A stretch of 46,644 bases of DNA from Crocinitomicaceae bacterium (GTDB lineage: Bacteria > Bacteroidota > Bacteroidia > Flavobacteriales_D > CAJJDF01), in NCBI GenBank assembly GCA_024639505.1, contig JAHEIE010000024.1:1-46644 (forward strand). Direction: 5' to 3'. The notes beneath the pieces were generated by a model. It saw only the letters and a program-made list of their open reading frames with translations. It was not told the origin of the DNA and searched no databases. A program made the translations under genes and the position numbers. This document shows, one piece after another, positions 42,783-46,644 of the stretch. The stretch's first letter is position 1. Each line of letters begins with the position of its first letter.

Positions 42783-44057
42783 TTACAAAGCAGGCAAAAC
42801 CTTCGCCTTCACCTCTCCAAATCCAATTCTCACTCCATCTTTTTCAGAAAATCCTCTCATAATAACCGTATCATTATCATTGATAAATTTTCTTTCTGTC
42901 CCATCCTTCATCGGGATGGTTTTAGTTCCTTTCCAAGACAATTCCAACATAGAACCAAATTCACTTTCTTTTGGTCCAGAAATAGTTCCAGACCCCATAC
43001 AATCTCCTGTTCTTATGTTACATCCATTTACCGAATGGTGAGCCAATTGCTGATTCATATTCCAATACATGTATTTGTAATTAGACTGAGAAACAGTCGT
43101 TTCCTCGCCTCCTTCTGGCTTTATGATTACCTCCAGATTAATATCTACGTGCTTATCGCCAGCATATTCCAAATAAGGCAAAACCTTTGGCTCCTGAACC
43201 GGACCAGCAGTTCGGAAAGGCTCTAAAGCGTCCAATGTAACTATCCAACAAGAAATATGCGAAGCAAAGTTTTTTCCTAAAAATGGGCCAAGCGGCACAT
43301 ATTCCCAACCTTGAATATCTCTTGCACTCCAATCGTTTAGCAATGCCATACCAAAAATGTATTCATCTGCTTCTTCAGTAGAAATGGATTCTCCCAATGG
43401 TTTTCCTTCGTAAGTAAAAAAGGCAGTTTCTAATTCAAAATCTAATAAATTACAATTTCCAAACACAGGAACCTCAACGGTAGGTGGTTTCTTTTGACCT
43501 TTTGGTCTATGAAAATCAACTCCCGAAGGCACAATAGAACTGGATCTTCCATGGTAACCTACAGGAATGTGTTTCCAGTTTGGCAACAAAGCATTGTTTG
43601 GATCACGGAACAAACACCCAACATTGTAGGCATGTTGCTCGCTCGAATAAAAATCGGTATAATCCCCAATGTGCATTGGAAGCAACATTTCTACTTCACT
43701 TTGCAAGTACAAAACTTGCTCACAATGATGCCCATTTTTCTGTAATTCATCATTTTCTGCACTCAATAATTCAGAAATTCTATTTCTCAATTCTCTCGTT
43801 CCTTGCTTCCCGTGACGCATCATTTTATTAAGAATGTTGCAATCAAAATCTTCAATAGTAAACTGAAGTCTTGTCAAATACCCCAAAGAATGTAGTGCTT
43901 TTAAATCCAAAACTTTGTCTCCAATCGCAACTCCTACTCGCGCAGAATTTCCATTGTGAGTGAATATCCCAAACGGTAGGTTTTGAATAGGAAAATCAGA
44001 ATTTGCAGGTACTTCTACCCACGATTTTAAAGCTGGATTGTTGGCTTTTATTGTCAT
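42783..44057 (-). CDS. fahA: Fumarylacetoacetase
   Basis: SDFPIQNLPFG, GDYTDFYSS, PVGYHGRSSS, LDFELE, NDWSARDIQ and GSGTISG. Start is the ATG at 44057. Confidence 0.96.
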   Translation of the reverse strand: MTIKANNPALKSWVEVPANSDFPIQNLPFGIFTHNGNSARVGVAIGDKVLDLKALHSLGYLTRLQFTIEDFDCNILNKMMRHGKQGTRELRNRISELLSAENDELQKNGHHCEQVLYLQSEVEMLLPMHIGDYTDFYSSEQHAYNVGCLFRDPNNALLPNWKHIPVGYHGRSSSIVPSGVDFHRPKGQKKPPTVEVPVFGNCNLLDFELETAFFTYEGKPLGESISTEEADEYIFGMALLNDWSARDIQGWEYVPLGPFLGKNFASHISCWIVTLDALEPFRTAGPVQEPKVLPYLEYAGDKHVDINLEVIIKPEGGEETTVSQSNYKYMYWNMNQQLAHHSVNGCNIRTGDCMGSGTISGPKESEFGSMLELSWKGTKTIPMKDGTERKFINDNDTVIMRGFSEKDGVRIGFGEVKAKVLPAL

Positions 44058-44223
44058 AATTATTGAGTTCAAATTTTGAATAGTAAAAATACAAAACTGT
44101 ACAGAGTAATAAAAGCTTATACCCCTATTTTCCAAATTCCTTTTTCCAAAAACGCTTCAATAGTTTGTCGATTTGCTTTGATAATCTAATTATTTGATAA
44201 AACATTCATGAGTTAGAAAAAAA

Positions 44224-45231
44224 CTACAATTTGACTATTTTCTGAAAATAAGAACCTTTGCCATTTGTTACATTCAAAAAGTAAATAGCATTTTTTAGTT
44301 CAGATAAATCAAGAAAAACATTTGAATCACTTGTTTTTTCTTCGAGAACTACCTTTCCCTCAAAACTAATAATTCTAATAAACGAAGGACCATCTTCCTT
44401 TATATCTAATACCAAAGAATTATAAGTCGGATTAGGAAAAACAGTTACTTCTAAAGGCAAACTATGTTCATTCACACCCAACGTATTTATACTTTCAGAT
44501 GGTTTTGAAGCCTCAGCTTGAACCAAATCTTTGGAAGATGTTTCTTGTAAAATAGCCAATGTAAAAATTCTGGATTCATCCCAAATTGAATTGATAGAAG
44601 AGGTAAACGTGTATACCAATGAATCTCCAATTGTGGCTGGTAAATTTAAAGACATACCCGAAGAAGAGGTCAACGATTTGCGAAATACATCGTAATGTTT
44701 TGTTTCGCCATTTCCTCCAGAATAAAAAACAGTATCCTCTGCCAAGGCAACAAAAAGAGACAAATTACCCAACGTATGAGCCCCTTCTGTTTTTAAAACA
44801 ACAGTTGATTGTATAGAATCTAAACCAAAATTTTGCTGAACTATTCGGATACTAGCTGGCGCACTAAGCGACTGATACGGTGTAAATATTGAATTGCTAG
44901 AATAGTTTGCTCCTCCAGAAATCACATCTCCATTTATTACCAATCTTGGGGTTCCTCCATAAATCCCATAGTAATTTGTTCGTGCATCATTGTCCGTAGA
45001 ATTTTGTTGATACAACTGACAACTACTGTATGGTGCGCTTGGGTGAACAGCCAGGTGTAATACTCCAGAATTATTGCTCAGATTATTATAAAATCCGGGA
45101 TTACGAGAACCGCAAATACTACAGAATGAATTGGTAAAATGTTCTACCACAATTTTTTTTACTACTTGCCCAAAAGATAATTGGCTTAGCATTAGACTTA
45201 GGAATAAAATTCCAGCTACATTTTTTTTCAT
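44224..45231 (-). CDS. Omp28-like CxxC thioredoxin-fold protein with T9SS type-A C-terminal sorting domain
   Basis: Signal peptide, VVEHFTNSFCSIC, GTPRLVING and C-terminal VFPNP...DLSELKNAIYFLNV...QKIVKL. Confidence 0.82.
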   Translation of the reverse strand: MKKNVAGILFLSLMLSQLSFGQVVKKIVVEHFTNSFCSICGSRNPGFYNNLSNNSGVLHLAVHPSAPYSSCQLYQQNSTDNDARTNYYGIYGGTPRLVINGDVISGGANYSSNSIFTPYQSLSAPASIRIVQQNFGLDSIQSTVVLKTEGAHTLGNLSLFVALAEDTVFYSGGNGETKHYDVFRKSLTSSSGMSLNLPATIGDSLVYTFTSSINSIWDESRIFTLAILQETSSKDLVQAEASKPSESINTLGVNEHSLPLEVTVFPNPTYNSLVLDIKEDGPSFIRIISFEGKVVLEEKTSDSNVFLDLSELKNAIYFLNVTNGKGSYFQKIVKL

Positions 45232-45313
45232 AGGGATTGTTTTAATTATTAAATAAGAATTTTAGATAGTTCGCTTTCAATTTCTTTTAACGTCCTTCCT
45301 TTACAATCTTTAC

Positions 45314-45343
45314 AAAAAAAAGCCATCTACTTTCGTAAATGGC
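45314..45343 (-). terminator. Intrinsic terminator downstream of pdhB
   Basis: Minus strand GCCATTTAC-GAAA-GTAGATGGC-T8. Confidence 0.8.
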
Positions 45344-45366
45344 ATTCAATAATTATTCTCGTGTCA

Positions 45367-45500
45367 GTTCTCGATACAATTTTTATCCGCAATCGCTCCA
45401 TAAAAACCACTCGAATTAAAATGCGTTTGTTGCTCTGCTCTGTCAGTTCGAGTGATTTTAAAATTTTGTGAGAACAAAAACTTAAAATTATATCGAGAAC
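45367..45500. repeat. Paired inverted REP-like element
   Basis: Left arm GTTCTCGATACAATTTT...AAAACCACTCGAA; right arm GTCAGTTCGAGTGATTTT...AAAATTATATCGAGAAC. Outer and inner segments are near-perfect reverse complements. Confidence 0.75.
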
Positions 45501-45517
45501 AGAAGAGCTAAAATAAA

Positions 45518-46498
45518 CTAGTTCACATACAATACAGCTTTCACCGCATCAATCACTCTTTTTGGATTTGGCATTGCTTCTTCAATCAATGTTGGAGAAA
45601 ATGCGAATGGTGTATCTGCTTGAGTAACTCTCATTACTGGTGCATCCAAATAATCAAATCCGTATCTCTGAACGTAATAAGCAATCTCAGAAGAAATAGA
45701 AGCCATTGGCCAACTTTCCTCCAATACTACTAATCTATTCGTTTTCTTCACCGATTTCATTACCGTATCCCAATCCAATGGACGAATAGAACGTAAATCA
45801 ATAACTTCACAAGAAATACCTTCTTTTGCCAATTCATCTGCAGCAACGTAAGCTTCTTTAATTATCTTTCCGAAAGAAACGATAGTTACATCATCTCCTT
45901 TTCTTTTTACATCAGCCAATCCAATTGGAATAATGTATTCTCCTTCAGGAATTTCTCCTTTGTCTCCATACATTTTTTCCGATTCCATAATAAGTACTGG
46001 ATCGTTGTCTCTAATTGCTGCTTTCAATAATCCTTTTGCATCGTATGGATTAGAAGGTGTAATCACTTTCAATCCTGGAACATGTGCGTACATTGCTTCA
46101 AAACTCTGAGAGTGAGTAGCTGCCAGTTGTCCAGCAGTTCCGTTTCCACCTCTAAATACGATTGGCACATTGATTTGCCCTCCACTCATTTGCAACATTT
46201 TCGCTGCACTGTTTATGATTTGATCAGCAGCAAGAATCGCAAAATTCCAAGTCATAAACTCTACTATTGGTCTCAAACCATTCATGGCTGCACCCACTGC
46301 GATACCAGCAAAACCAAGCTCTGCAATTGGAGTATCTATTACTCGCTCTGGACCAAATTCGTCCAACATTCCTTGACTTACTTTATAAGCTCCGTTGTAT
46401 TCCGCAACTTCTTCTCCTAGTAAGAAAACACTCTTGTCTCTTCTCATTTCCTCGTTCATCGCTTCACGAAGTGCTTCTCTAAATTGAACTGTTCTCAT
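45518..46498 (-). CDS. pdhB: Pyruvate dehydrogenase E1 beta subunit
   Basis: GEEVAEYNGAYK, DTPIAELGF, EFMTWNF, ATHSQ and IDLRSIRPLD. Confidence 0.93.
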   Translation of the reverse strand: MRTVQFREALREAMNEEMRRDKSVFLLGEEVAEYNGAYKVSQGMLDEFGPERVIDTPIAELGFAGIAVGAAMNGLRPIVEFMTWNFAILAADQIINSAAKMLQMSGGQINVPIVFRGGNGTAGQLAATHSQSFEAMYAHVPGLKVITPSNPYDAKGLLKAAIRDNDPVLIMESEKMYGDKGEIPEGEYIIPIGLADVKRKGDDVTIVSFGKIIKEAYVAADELAKEGISCEVIDLRSIRPLDWDTVMKSVKKTNRLVVLEESWPMASISSEIAYYVQRYGFDYLDAPVMRVTQADTPFAFSPTLIEEAMPNPKRVIDAVKAVLYVN

Positions 46499-46532
46499 CT
46501 ATTCAGTTTATGGGTTATTGTAAAAATAATTC

Positions 46533-46540
46533 CAAAGATA
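46533..46540 (-). promoter_or_regulatory. -7 box for pdhB
   Basis: TATCTTTG on the minus strand, 34 nt before the ATG. Confidence 0.55.
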
Positions 46541-46644
46541 GGAATACTATTTTTTATTTGTCTTATGTTTTTATCGTTTTTTCTGTTTAAAAAAATATCA
46601 CTTCAATAAATTCAAAAAATGCAATTTTATTATGCATGCATACC

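Noticed and set aside
42381-43226. Plus-strand ORFs of 110-168 aa
   Set aside because: They are antisense to clearly recognisable ybaB and fahA. The same applies to the other short nested ORFs in the track (for example 4264-4611, 15717-16229, 30523-30963 and 34954-35346).

Overview
AT-rich window from a Bacteroidota chromosome, most likely Flavobacteriales (inferred from gldF/gldG, a T9SS C-terminal-domain protein, TAnnTTTG -7 promoter boxes and an archaeal/eukaryote-type ProRS). It is mostly core genome: cinA, an aldehyde dehydrogenase, guaB, a SurA-like PPIase, proS, tRNA-Glu(TTC), rpsT, pheT, an lpxD paralog, a rhomboid protease, mutL, saccharopine dehydrogenase, a membrane MutS-like ATPase, gldFG, rlmD, oxyR-katG, lysC-lysA, an ABC-F ATPase, queE, fahA and pdhB. 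I found no transposase, integrase, prophage, CRISPR array or defence island. The most interesting observations are: (1) KatG is a predicted lipoprotein whose N-terminal linker carries an ApbE-type flavinylation motif (DAMSGATxxS). (2) A stand-alone ACT-domain protein shares a TTGTTA-N6-TAACAA-like palindrome with the lysC-lysA promoter, with related half-sites before saccharopine dehydrogenase, suggesting an undescribed lysine regulon. (3) An exported protein that is Trp/Gly/Asn-rich and then Arg/Ser/Pro-rich is co-transcribed with a FadL-like barrel. (4) The RlmD lacks the Fe-S cluster cysteines. (5) There is an orphan CdiI-like immunity gene. (6) A 54-aa gene was missed by the ORF track. (7) Several degenerate REP-like palindromes sit in intergenic DNA. 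All family assignments come from motif recognition by eye, not database searches.
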